Shown here one piece after another: positions 18,014-25,983 of a stretch of 64,000 nucleotides of DNA. This DNA comes from Acidimicrobiia bacterium (GTDB lineage Bacteria; Actinomycetota; Acidimicrobiia; IMCC26256; PALSA-555). Position numbers and translations under genes: made by a program. The notes under the pieces are model-generated. The model ran no database searches and was not told the origin of the DNA. It saw only the letters and a program-made list of their open reading frames with translations. Numbering within the stretch: position 1 is the first letter of the stretch; the number at the start of each line of letters is the position of its first letter. The stretch is from positions 345-64,344 of the forward strand of contig SHUY01000001.1 of the NCBI GenBank assembly GCA_009694435.1, read 5' to 3'.

Positions 18014-18933
18014 CCTTCGTCCACTTCAACGACTCCTTCAAGGGGCTCACCGGCCATGAAGTGAACTAAATTCACCGCGAAAGCCTGACGGATGCGTTCA
18101 AATGCTCGAGGAGAAGACCACGAAACGTGAGCCGACAGATGCACTCGCGGGTGAGAATAAAGCCAATGGCCGACCGGCAGCGGTTCCGGATAAACCGTAT
18201 CGAGGCTGGCGTACCGTACTCGCCCATCATCGAGGGCATCCCGCAGCGCTTCTTGATCGATTAATTCACCTCGAGCGATATTGACTATGTGTATTCCGGG
18301 TTTAGCTAAAGCCAATGATTCGGAGTTTAGGAGATGTCTAGTACTGCTAGTGCTGGGAGCAGCCAATACCAAATGATCAGCGGAAGCCAACAAGTCAGAA
18401 AGATCGTGAGCGATTTCTACACCAGGCAATAAAAATTTTTCTGGTTGGCGGCGTAACCCCCGTACCCGCAGGTCAAAAGCCAGCGCCCGCTTTGCCACTG
18501 CGGTGCCAATGCCGCCCATGCCTACGATCCCTAAAGTTTGGCCCGCTAATTCGCCTAGCGAGGCAAGATTCCAGTGCTCCGGCGGCTCGGTCAACCAGCT
18601 TGAAGGGAAGTTTTTTTCGACCGCCAAAATTGATCCCATGACGAACTCTGATATTGGTATCGCACTAACTCCTCGGGAGCATGTAACTATTCGCCCTCGA
18701 AGCAGCCCTGGATCCCAAGCATCGATACCTGTCCCCGGAAGGTGCATCCAAAGAACGCCCATTGCACCGAGTTGTTCGTAAATTGAGTGCCCGGGCCAAG
18801 CGGCACACAGCACTTGCGCGCTCGAGTTTGGCTCTATTGTTTCGTCCGCGGTGATACTGACGACTTCGGCTTCGGGGGCGATGGCGGCGATAGTTTCAGC
18901 CATCTGAGTGCCCATCATGTTTATGATGCGCAT
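18007..18933 (-). CDS. D-isomer-specific 2-hydroxyacid dehydrogenase family, NAD-binding
   Basis: 308 aa with the GIVGMGGIGTAVAKRA Rossmann motif, NIARGELID, and a C-terminal catalytic His context. Confidence 0.8.
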   Translation of the reverse strand: MRIINMMGTQMAETIAAIAPEAEVVSITADETIEPNSSAQVLCAAWPGHSIYEQLGAMGVLWMHLPGTGIDAWDPGLLRGRIVTCSRGVSAIPISEFVMGSILAVEKNFPSSWLTEPPEHWNLASLGELAGQTLGIVGMGGIGTAVAKRALAFDLRVRGLRRQPEKFLLPGVEIAHDLSDLLASADHLVLAAPSTSSTRHLLNSESLALAKPGIHIVNIARGELIDQEALRDALDDGRVRYASLDTVYPEPLPVGHWLYSHPRVHLSAHVSWSSPRAFERIRQAFAVNLVHFMAGEPLEGVVEVDEGY

Positions 18934-18937
18934 TTAA

Positions 18938-19840
18938 TTACGACCCTTCTTTGCGCTCCATGCCACCAGGCATAACCATTCCAACCGTTTGAAGATGTTG
19001 ACCTAGGCCGACATCAAATTGTTCGGCCACTAATTCGGGAGTCCAGCCACTATCGCGCCACATGCTAGCAATCGGTTTGGGTTGTTGAAACAATGTGAAA
19101 GCGTATTCACTACGACCCAGAATTTGCCCGTTGACATGACTAGCTCGTTCAGAAGCCAAAAATGTAACTAAAGGAGCATTGAGCGAAGGGTCTTGCTCGG
19201 GTGGTGGAGCGGTACCACTGCGCTCAAACAGTGCGGCCGTCATACGAGTCGCCCCGGCCGGAGCGACAGCATTGACAGTTATCCCCGAGCGAGCCAACTC
19301 AAGCGCCCAAACGAATGTCATACCCATAATGGCGGCTTTAGCGGCACCGTAGTTGGTTTGACCAAAATTGCCGCGCAAGCCCGCCGAAGAAGTGATATTT
19401 ACAATTCGCCCATAACCTTTTTCTTTCATTATCGGGGCGGCGTGACGAGTGCAATTAAATGTCCCTTTCATATGCACTGCGACAACGGCATCGAAATCTT
19501 CTTCGCTCATTTTTACCAGTGTTCGATCACGTACGATTCCGGCGTTGTTGACTAATACGTCAATTGTGCCAAATTCTTTTACTGCCGCCACGATAATTTT
19601 TTCTGCGCCATAAAAATCGGTAACTGATTCGTAGTTAGGAATAGCAGCACCGCCGAATTCGATGATTTCTGCACACACCGCAGCGGCGGGATCATCTTTG
19701 GTTCCTTGGCCGTCGAGGCTTACTCCAACATCGTTGATAACCAGGCTCGCGCCTTCACGAGCCAAGGACAAAGCAAACTCGCGACCAATGCCGCGACCCG
19801 AACCAGTAACTACTGCAACGCGACCATTAAGAAGACCCAT
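18938..19840 (-). CDS. short-chain dehydrogenase/reductase, MFE-2-like roughly 300-aa type
   Basis: TGSGRGIGRE, NNAG and YGAAKAA. It sits immediately downstream of the MaoC hydratase gene, giving a split MFE-2-like arrangement. Confidence 0.85.
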   Translation of the reverse strand: MGLLNGRVAVVTGSGRGIGREFALSLAREGASLVINDVGVSLDGQGTKDDPAAAVCAEIIEFGGAAIPNYESVTDFYGAEKIIVAAVKEFGTIDVLVNNAGIVRDRTLVKMSEEDFDAVVAVHMKGTFNCTRHAAPIMKEKGYGRIVNITSSAGLRGNFGQTNYGAAKAAIMGMTFVWALELARSGITVNAVAPAGATRMTAALFERSGTAPPPEQDPSLNAPLVTFLASERASHVNGQILGRSEYAFTLFQQPKPIASMWRDSGWTPELVAEQFDVGLGQHLQTVGMVMPGGMERKEGS

Positions 19841-19844
19841 CTCG

Positions 19845-20252
19845 TCAATTCTGGTCGAGAGCGGTGGCAGAACCGTTAAGCGCTTCTACTCCGTCTTGAT
19901 TAGAGCAAGTGCATTCAAGATCAACAAAAGTTTTACCTTCTTCTTCACGGATGGCCGTCACCGTAGCGGTAAAGGTCAGCGTGTCCCCTGGCCACACTGG
20001 TTTAGAAAAACGCACCTGGAACTTACGCAATGCTTCGGGTCCAAACTCATCGGTGAGTACCCGAGCCATCAATCCAGCCGTGAGCATTCCGTGGCCGAAC
20101 ACTGAAGGATTTCCGGTTGCAGTGGCAATAGTCTCGTCGTGATGCATAGGGTTAAAGTCTCCGGAGGCGCCGGCGTATTTGACAAAATCGGTACGGCTGA
20201 TTTTTTCAATCACTATTGGCGTCAGTTGCTCGCCTACAGTCAGATTCGTCAT
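19845..20252 (-). CDS. MaoC-like (R)-specific enoyl-CoA hydratase (hot-dog fold)
   Basis: GDFNPMHHDE motif. The ORF track extends to 20291, but the ATG at 20252 (MTNLTVGEQL) leaves a realistic divergent promoter region. Start uncertain. Confidence 0.75.
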   Translation of the reverse strand: MTNLTVGEQLTPIVIEKISRTDFVKYAGASGDFNPMHHDETIATATGNPSVFGHGMLTAGLMARVLTDEFGPEALRKFQVRFSKPVWPGDTLTFTATVTAIREEEGKTFVDLECTCSNQDGVEALNGSATALDQN

Positions 20253-20285
20253 AGGTAGGCAGCGTATCGCAAATAGGGCTGAACG

Positions 20286-20299
20286 TGACACGACCGTCA
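20286..20299. promoter_or_regulatory. TGAC-N6-GTCA palindrome, copy 3 (divergent MaoC/TetR promoter region)
   Basis: TGACACGACCGTCA lies between the preferred MaoC start (20252) and the preferred TetR start (20322). Confidence 0.5.
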
Positions 20300-20321
20300 G
20301 TTGCCCCTACGCTTAGCCGCA

Positions 20322-20963
20322 ATGAAGCCCCTAACGCCCGAAAGCGACCTTTTACCGCGGGGGCAAAAAACCCGAGATCGCCTCCTTGGCGCGGGGTCGC
20401 GGGTATTTTCTGAGCGGGGATACCACAGCACGCGGGTGGAAGACATAGTTGTCGAGGCTAAAACTTCCCACGGCACCTTCTACCTATACTTCTCCTCAAA
20501 ACAAGAGCTTTTCGAAGTACTGGCGGGTGAAGTCGTAGAAGAACTTTCAACCGTGGCCGATTCGTGTCCCGACTTAAGCCAAGACATTTTGGTGCAAGAG
20601 TGGTTGGTCCGATTTGAAGTGGTGTACGAAAAACGCCACGCATTTTTACGGACTTGGATTGAAGCAGAAATCGTTAGCGGCGAAATAGGCCGACTAGCCG
20701 AAGGGATCGTGACTCGCTTTACTCAGGCCTTAACTCGCCGGCTGGAAGAAACTCCGATTGGACTCGCGCCACGACCAGCGGCAGTGATACTGATATCTAT
20801 GGTGGAGAGGCTTGAGTACTACGTCCATGGCCGAGCTATTGACGCTAAACCTCTCGAAACTATTGCCACGCTCGCCGGGGTGATTTCGGCCCTTGTGGGT
20901 ACTACCACTACTTCTAATGGCTTAAACACTGGGTCTGAGCGCCGTGCAAAGGCAAGAGCCTGA
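20322..20963 (+). CDS. TetR/AcrR-family transcriptional regulator
   Basis: N-terminal HTH region TRDRLLGAGSRVFSERGYHSTRVEDIVVEAKTSHGTFYLYF. The ORF track starts at TTG 20301, and ATG 20322 is preferred here. Confidence 0.85.
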   Translation: MKPLTPESDLLPRGQKTRDRLLGAGSRVFSERGYHSTRVEDIVVEAKTSHGTFYLYFSSKQELFEVLAGEVVEELSTVADSCPDLSQDILVQEWLVRFEVVYEKRHAFLRTWIEAEIVSGEIGRLAEGIVTRFTQALTRRLEETPIGLAPRPAAVILISMVERLEYYVHGRAIDAKPLETIATLAGVISALVGTTTTSNGLNTGSERRAKARA

Positions 20964-20976
20964 CGCTAGTGTCAGG
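20959..20976. promoter_or_regulatory. TGAC-N6-GTCA palindrome, copy 4 (CCTGAC-GCTAGT-GTCAGG)
   Basis: Read directly from the sequence. It overlaps the TetR stop codon (20961..20963) and lies about 50 nt upstream of the next gene. Confidence 0.45.
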
Positions 20977-21025
20977 TGCAAGTAAAGCAAGCGTCCAAAT
21001 GAGCCAAAACTATTGAGGGGGGAAT

Positions 21026-21559
21026 ATGCAAAAGAAATTTGTCGTAGCGATCGTAACTGCTCTAGGAATTGCCACGCTGGCCGTTGGTGCGACTGGAGCT
21101 AACGCCGCACCAACTAAAAAAGCCAAAGTTTCTCTATGTGCGGGTAAAACTAAAGCCGCTGCTATCAAGGCCATTAACACCGCTTACGCCAACGTTCTAG
21201 ACGGAAGTAAAGGTCTTACCGGTGAACAAAAGACCGAGTCTATCCAGTTTGCCAGCGGTGCAAAAGTAAATCAAGCGTGGCGAGATGCGTTTCTTGCCAG
21301 TTCGGCCAAGAACTCCGCCGCCGCGAGCACGACGTCAGTTGCCGTTGACAAGGTGACTTGTGCTGGGAAAAAATCTGCTGACGTTATCTTTACTCTTGTG
21401 TTGGGTGGATCTCGCGCCGAGGGACTAGCTCCCCCCGGAACTGCAGTCCTAGAAGGGAACACATGGAAAATTAGTGCGATAACCATGTGTGACATGCAAG
21501 CTCTCGGAGACGCAACCGTGCTTGAAAATGAGCCCTGCTTGTCAATCGCTAGTTCCTAA
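21026..21559 (+). CDS. secreted protein of unknown function
   Basis: 177 aa with the N-terminal signal peptide MQKKFVVAIVTALGIATLAVGATGANA. Strong RBS GAGGGGGG. Confidence 0.6.
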   Translation: MQKKFVVAIVTALGIATLAVGATGANAAPTKKAKVSLCAGKTKAAAIKAINTAYANVLDGSKGLTGEQKTESIQFASGAKVNQAWRDAFLASSAKNSAAASTTSVAVDKVTCAGKKSADVIFTLVLGGSRAEGLAPPGTAVLEGNTWKISAITMCDMQALGDATVLENEPCLSIASS

Positions 21560-21582
21560 AACAAAAACTGAAAGAGTAATTA

Positions 21583-21610
21583 GTGGAGCCGCCCTTCGGG
21601 GCGGCTCCAC
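21583..21610. terminator. GC-rich hairpin between convergent genes (likely bidirectional terminator)
   Basis: Perfect 12-bp stem GTGGAGCCGCCC-TTCG-GGGCGGCTCCAC, read directly from the sequence. Confidence 0.7.
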
Positions 21611-21621
21611 TCGCGTTATCT

Positions 21622-22398
21622 TTAGGCGTTAGTTTCTCCGTGTACCGCAGGCATAATCTGATCCGCCAAGTCGCCCAACTCGTCGGTTCGCCCCGATAGG
21701 GCAACTTTTCCTTTAGCCATCACTACTACTGTGTCCGCCAGACTGAGTGCTTGGCGCACGTGCTGTTCAACAATGATCAAAGCGGTGCCCGATTTGCTAA
21801 TAACGTCAAGCGTCTCATAGACCTCATCGATAATTACCGGAGCGAGCCCAAGAGACAGCTCATCGGTCATTAATAGTTTTGGCTCATGGACTAGCACTCG
21901 GGCGAGAGAGACCATCCTCTGTTCACCACCCGACAAGGTGCCCGCGAGTTGCCCTCGTCGCTCCCCTAGCCGGGGGAACAAGTCGTAGGAACGATTAATC
22001 GCCAACTTGGCTTTTCGCCGGCCAAAAACTTGACGAAAAGTAAGAAGAAGGTTTTCCTCTACGGTAAGAGAAGCGAACACTGAACGACCTTCAGGGGCGT
22101 GAACGATCCCCATCTGCGCCAAACGATGAGTTGCGACTCCGGTTATATCTTCACCCTTAAAAAATATTTTTCCCGCGGTGGGCTTGACTAAACCACAGCA
22201 CACTCGCACCACGGTTGTCTTGCCCGATCCGTTAGAACCCAGCAGCGCAAGAGCAGATCTTTCTTCCACCTTGAGAGAAACTCCAAATAAGGAGCGAAAC
22301 GGTCCGTAACTTGCTTCCACGTCGCGCAGTTCAAGTAATGGCGGTGAAGCCGTGGCCGCATTTTTCACTATCGCTGAATCGGCATTCGTCGAACTCAT
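21622..22398 (-). CDS. ABC transporter ATP-binding protein (LivF-like)
   Basis: 258 aa with Walker A GSNGSGKTT, signature LSGGEQ and Walker B LLMTDE. Confidence 0.9.
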   Translation of the reverse strand: MSSTNADSAIVKNAATASPPLLELRDVEASYGPFRSLFGVSLKVEERSALALLGSNGSGKTTVVRVCCGLVKPTAGKIFFKGEDITGVATHRLAQMGIVHAPEGRSVFASLTVEENLLLTFRQVFGRRKAKLAINRSYDLFPRLGERRGQLAGTLSGGEQRMVSLARVLVHEPKLLMTDELSLGLAPVIIDEVYETLDVISKSGTALIIVEQHVRQALSLADTVVVMAKGKVALSGRTDELGDLADQIMPAVHGETNA

Positions 22399-23166
22399 TT
22401 ACATATCCCCCAAATAAGCTCGACGAACGTTAGCGTCGCCCAGTACGTATTCCGTTTCTCCGGAAGCGATCACCGTGCCGAAATCTAAAACATAAAGGCG
22501 AGTTACTAGGCTTTGCACCATCTCAACATCATGTTCAACCAACAAGACGGCCAAATTGCGAAGTTTTTGTACCGATCGCAGCCGCATCGCCAAGGCGGCA
22601 GTTTCTTTAACGTCAAGCCCCGATGACGGCTCGTCCAGCAATAAGAGCCGAGGCTGAACCATAAGAGCCCGGCCGATCTCAACCAAGCGACAGCGCCCCA
22701 GACTCAAGGATTCCACTGGGCGATCGGCTTCGGATTCAAGTTCCAGTAACGCCAGCATCTGATTTACTAGTTCACTCTCGGCTTCAGTCGGAGCCGAACG
22801 ATTGAGTAAATCTTTCCAGAGACGACCCGTTCCGTTACGGCGACGCTCCGCCACCATGAAATGTTCCCGCACTGTCATTCCCGCAAAAAGTTCAAGTCGT
22901 TGAAATGTCCGCCCAATTCCTAACTGAGCTCGTTTGTGAATTGGCAAAGAACTGATGTTGATACCGTCAAAGTAAACATCACCGATTTCGGGGCGGAGAC
23001 TTCCGTTGATGCAATTGAACAAGGTCGTTTTACCCGCCCCGTTAGGGCCAATGAGTCCAACCATTTCACCTTGTTGCACACTTAGATTTATATCGGTTAA
23101 AGCGCTAATGCCCGAAAAATGTTTGGTGACATCGTTGACTTCAAGTAGTCCAATAGGCCCTCGCAT
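22399..23166 (-). CDS. ABC transporter ATP-binding protein (LivG-like)
   Basis: Walker A GPNGAGKTT, LSLGRCR and LLLLDEP. The ORF track extends to 23325, which would overlap the permease gene by 122 nt. ATG 23166 (MRGPIGLLEV) or GTG 23199 are more plausible starts. Confidence 0.85.
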   Translation of the reverse strand: MRGPIGLLEVNDVTKHFSGISALTDINLSVQQGEMVGLIGPNGAGKTTLFNCINGSLRPEIGDVYFDGINISSLPIHKRAQLGIGRTFQRLELFAGMTVREHFMVAERRRNGTGRLWKDLLNRSAPTEAESELVNQMLALLELESEADRPVESLSLGRCRLVEIGRALMVQPRLLLLDEPSSGLDVKETAALAMRLRSVQKLRNLAVLLVEHDVEMVQSLVTRLYVLDFGTVIASGETEYVLGDANVRRAYLGDM

Positions 23167-23203
23167 TGACCCATCAACGCTCGTTCGTGGATCTTCCTGC
23201 ACT

Positions 23204-25948
23204 TCAAACACCCCCCGAATCAATTTGAGCGGGAATGGAAGCGCTTGATTCTTCGTCAATGTTTGAAACCGACTCGTCGGGTGACTCAAATCCTTCGCCC
23301 CCGATAGCGAGTTCGTTGCTCGCACCTTGGACTCCGGCGACCCACTGAACCCAAGTGATCACAAAAATTGCTACGAGAACAAATACCGGCCACCCGGAGG
23401 GCGGGAAACCGTGATTGATAAAACTCCCGGTTGAACTACTGGCGTCGGTGACTGAGGTGCGGAAGAATAAAAAAGCACCAAAAAGCAGAAAGCCAAACGG
23501 CGCTCGTCCTTCTCGCCAACTGATGGGGCTAGAAAGCCAGCCGCGATTATCGGCAATTCGGTTGATCTGAACGGGCAACAAGAAAAACGCCACCGAAGCA
23601 ACGCCCGCGGGGATCCCTGCGAGCACGCAGTGCAGGAGTTCGGCTCTCGGGACCCAGCCTTGGTTGTAGAACAACGCTCCCACTAACGCACCCACCACAC
23701 CACCGGCGAATAAATAGATCCAGTCGCGCGCAACACCGCCCGCTTGATGCAGACGATGGCTGGTAGCGAACATCCACACCAACGCAAACAACAGGCTTGG
23801 CACTAGAAAAACCAGAAGAGTAACTGTGTGGATAGCGACCCAACGACCCTGTATCGGGCTACGAACTAATACGTAAAGCAGATACAAAGCCGGGCCAGCT
23901 AGTACTGGGGCAACCACTTGCCACACCGGACGGTAGGTGGTGGGTAGTTTTTCGACTCTTACCAACTCCTCGGCCCGTTTTTTTAATGTTCGCTGACGGG
24001 CAGTAGCCAAAATACTCTTACGGGTTTGAAACTCGACGATGCCCTCGGGGTGGCGGGCATAAGTTATGGCTCCAAACCCAAACCCAATAATGGCAATTGC
24101 CGGGGGCAGGCCTAGTGCTTCAAACAACCACTGAAAGACCACAAAGCCAATAGCCGCATTTACGGCACCGTCAACCGTGCGCGACCCTAATGTCACGACC
24201 AAAACTACCCACACCACACCAAAAAGAGCGGGGTAAGTCGCCACTGGTTCAACTCGTCCCTGCGCCATCCCGATAAGAGCGCCACCGAGACCGGCAATCC
24301 CGGCTGAGAGGGAGAATAAAATGATTCGTAATGAAGTCGCGTTAATCCCAATAGATGCGGCGGCATTTTCACTACCCCGTAAGGCAGCAAGGTATTGTCC
24401 GATAGTCCCTTTGCGAATAAAAATCACCAAAAAAGCCACTAAGGCGAAAGCAATAAAGACCACTAAAAACCACATTCGATCGCCTTGGGCAAAATCGGGT
24501 CGGCTCACTGCTATGCCGTACTCGCCTTGTGATATCGCTTCCCGACGAAAAATAACTTTTTCCGCCATAAAAGCAAACGCCAGCGTGGCCAACGAAAGAT
24601 AAAGTCCCGCCAAGCGCACTACTGGTCGGCGAAGAATAAAACGACCGATCAACGCGGGAAGTCCATCGATAAACAAGACAAATAAAGCTCCGACTATTGC
24701 CGCCACTATCGCGCCGATTACCAACGCCAACAATGCCGGAACATTAAACTGTTCGGCTGCATTCGCCATTGCGAAACCACCAAAAGCGGCAAAAGACGCC
24801 TGGGCTAACGAAATTTGACCGCCAAGGCCAGTAAAAATAGTGATGGACAAAAAGACTACGGCGAGAGCGAAGGCGTCGGTTAGGCGTGTCACCCAAAGCG
24901 GACTGACGATTGTCATCATCACTAAAACGAATCCAGCAATAAAAATTGGGAAAGCGATCTTTGACATTCGTTGCAAATTGGCATCTTTGTATTCGTGAGC
25001 CATTGCCGGAGGGGGTGGATCTACCCCCGAGAGTGGGTCTGAGACCACCCTTTGCTCACGAAGTTTGGGCCAAAAAACTAGTAAAGCGAAGAGAACGATA
25101 AACGGGAAAGACGGACGAACGTCTTGGGCGAACGAACCGGTGGTGCCCACGATGTCAGGTAGGGCCCTTTCACCGACTCCGAGCAACAACCCCCCCAGCA
25201 AAGTAAACGGTATGCTCACAAAACGCCCCACCGCGGCGGCGGCGATGGCAGCAATGATCAGCAGCGTGTAGGTATTGCCGTCGAGAATGAAATAAAGCGG
25301 AGCCAAAAGCACGCCTGCTAATCCGGCCAAAGTGCTCGAAAGTATCCATGAGGTCATGCTTACGCGGTCGGCATCGACCCCCGCCAACTCCACCATGCGA
25401 GGGCTTTCCACTACTGCCCGCATCTGGAGCCCGATTGAGGTGAAGCGAAACATTAAACCGAGAAGAATCACCGCTACTACCGTGAAAACAACCGTAGTGA
25501 GTCGATCGGCCGAAATGAAATAACCACCGACATCAAAAACTTTAAACTTATCAATGCCGATAAGTGGAGCAATGCTTGGCGGCGCTTCGGCGGGTTGAGC
25601 ACCAAAAAACAACTTAACTATTTCCGGTAAAGCCAAAAGTAACCCCAAAGCGGTAACGAGTTTTACTTGCCATGGCGCGGTTCGCATATAGCGAAATAGA
25701 GCTCGGTCAAGTAATAATCCTAATAACGGGGAAAAAATTAGTACTGCGAAAACAAACCCCAGCCACAAGGGCCAGTGGCTATTGATAACCGTCTCATAAA
25801 ATACTGCCCCCGAAGCAAACGCCTGCGCGCTAAACGCGAGGTTAAATACTCCTGAAGTTTTGTAAGTAAGAACGAGCCCAACCGCAACTAGAGCGTAAAT
25901 GCAACCAACGGGAGCACCCTCAATCAGCCAAGAGATGAACTGGTTCAC
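23204..25948 (-). CDS. fused LivH-like + LivM-like ABC permease with an extra C-terminal membrane domain
   Basis: 914 aa. A LivH-like N-terminus (GCIYALVAVGLVLTYK) is followed by a LivM-like middle (TGLGGQISLAQASFAAFGG). The last roughly 270 residues add further hydrophobic helices not present in the 660-aa paralogue at 50753..52735. Confidence 0.8.
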   Translation of the reverse strand: MNQFISWLIEGAPVGCIYALVAVGLVLTYKTSGVFNLAFSAQAFASGAVFYETVINSHWPLWLGFVFAVLIFSPLLGLLLDRALFRYMRTAPWQVKLVTALGLLLALPEIVKLFFGAQPAEAPPSIAPLIGIDKFKVFDVGGYFISADRLTTVVFTVVAVILLGLMFRFTSIGLQMRAVVESPRMVELAGVDADRVSMTSWILSSTLAGLAGVLLAPLYFILDGNTYTLLIIAAIAAAAVGRFVSIPFTLLGGLLLGVGERALPDIVGTTGSFAQDVRPSFPFIVLFALLVFWPKLREQRVVSDPLSGVDPPPPAMAHEYKDANLQRMSKIAFPIFIAGFVLVMMTIVSPLWVTRLTDAFALAVVFLSITIFTGLGGQISLAQASFAAFGGFAMANAAEQFNVPALLALVIGAIVAAIVGALFVLFIDGLPALIGRFILRRPVVRLAGLYLSLATLAFAFMAEKVIFRREAISQGEYGIAVSRPDFAQGDRMWFLVVFIAFALVAFLVIFIRKGTIGQYLAALRGSENAAASIGINATSLRIILFSLSAGIAGLGGALIGMAQGRVEPVATYPALFGVVWVVLVVTLGSRTVDGAVNAAIGFVVFQWLFEALGLPPAIAIIGFGFGAITYARHPEGIVEFQTRKSILATARQRTLKKRAEELVRVEKLPTTYRPVWQVVAPVLAGPALYLLYVLVRSPIQGRWVAIHTVTLLVFLVPSLLFALVWMFATSHRLHQAGGVARDWIYLFAGGVVGALVGALFYNQGWVPRAELLHCVLAGIPAGVASVAFFLLPVQINRIADNRGWLSSPISWREGRAPFGFLLFGAFLFFRTSVTDASSSTGSFINHGFPPSGWPVFVLVAIFVITWVQWVAGVQGASNELAIGGEGFESPDESVSNIDEESSASIPAQIDSGGV

Positions 25949-25983
25949 ATTTACTACTTAAACGAGAGGGACAATTCTTACCG

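Noticed and set aside
22399-23325. Long N-terminal extensions in the ORF track for LivG-like (to 23325), DppC-like (from 30971), RNase H (to 60054), phosphatase (to 59168), MaoC (to 20291) and TetR (from 20301).
   Set aside because: Each extension overlaps the neighbouring gene or removes the promoter region. In-frame internal starts sit at positions matching typical family N-termini, and those are reported instead. Exact starts remain uncertain.
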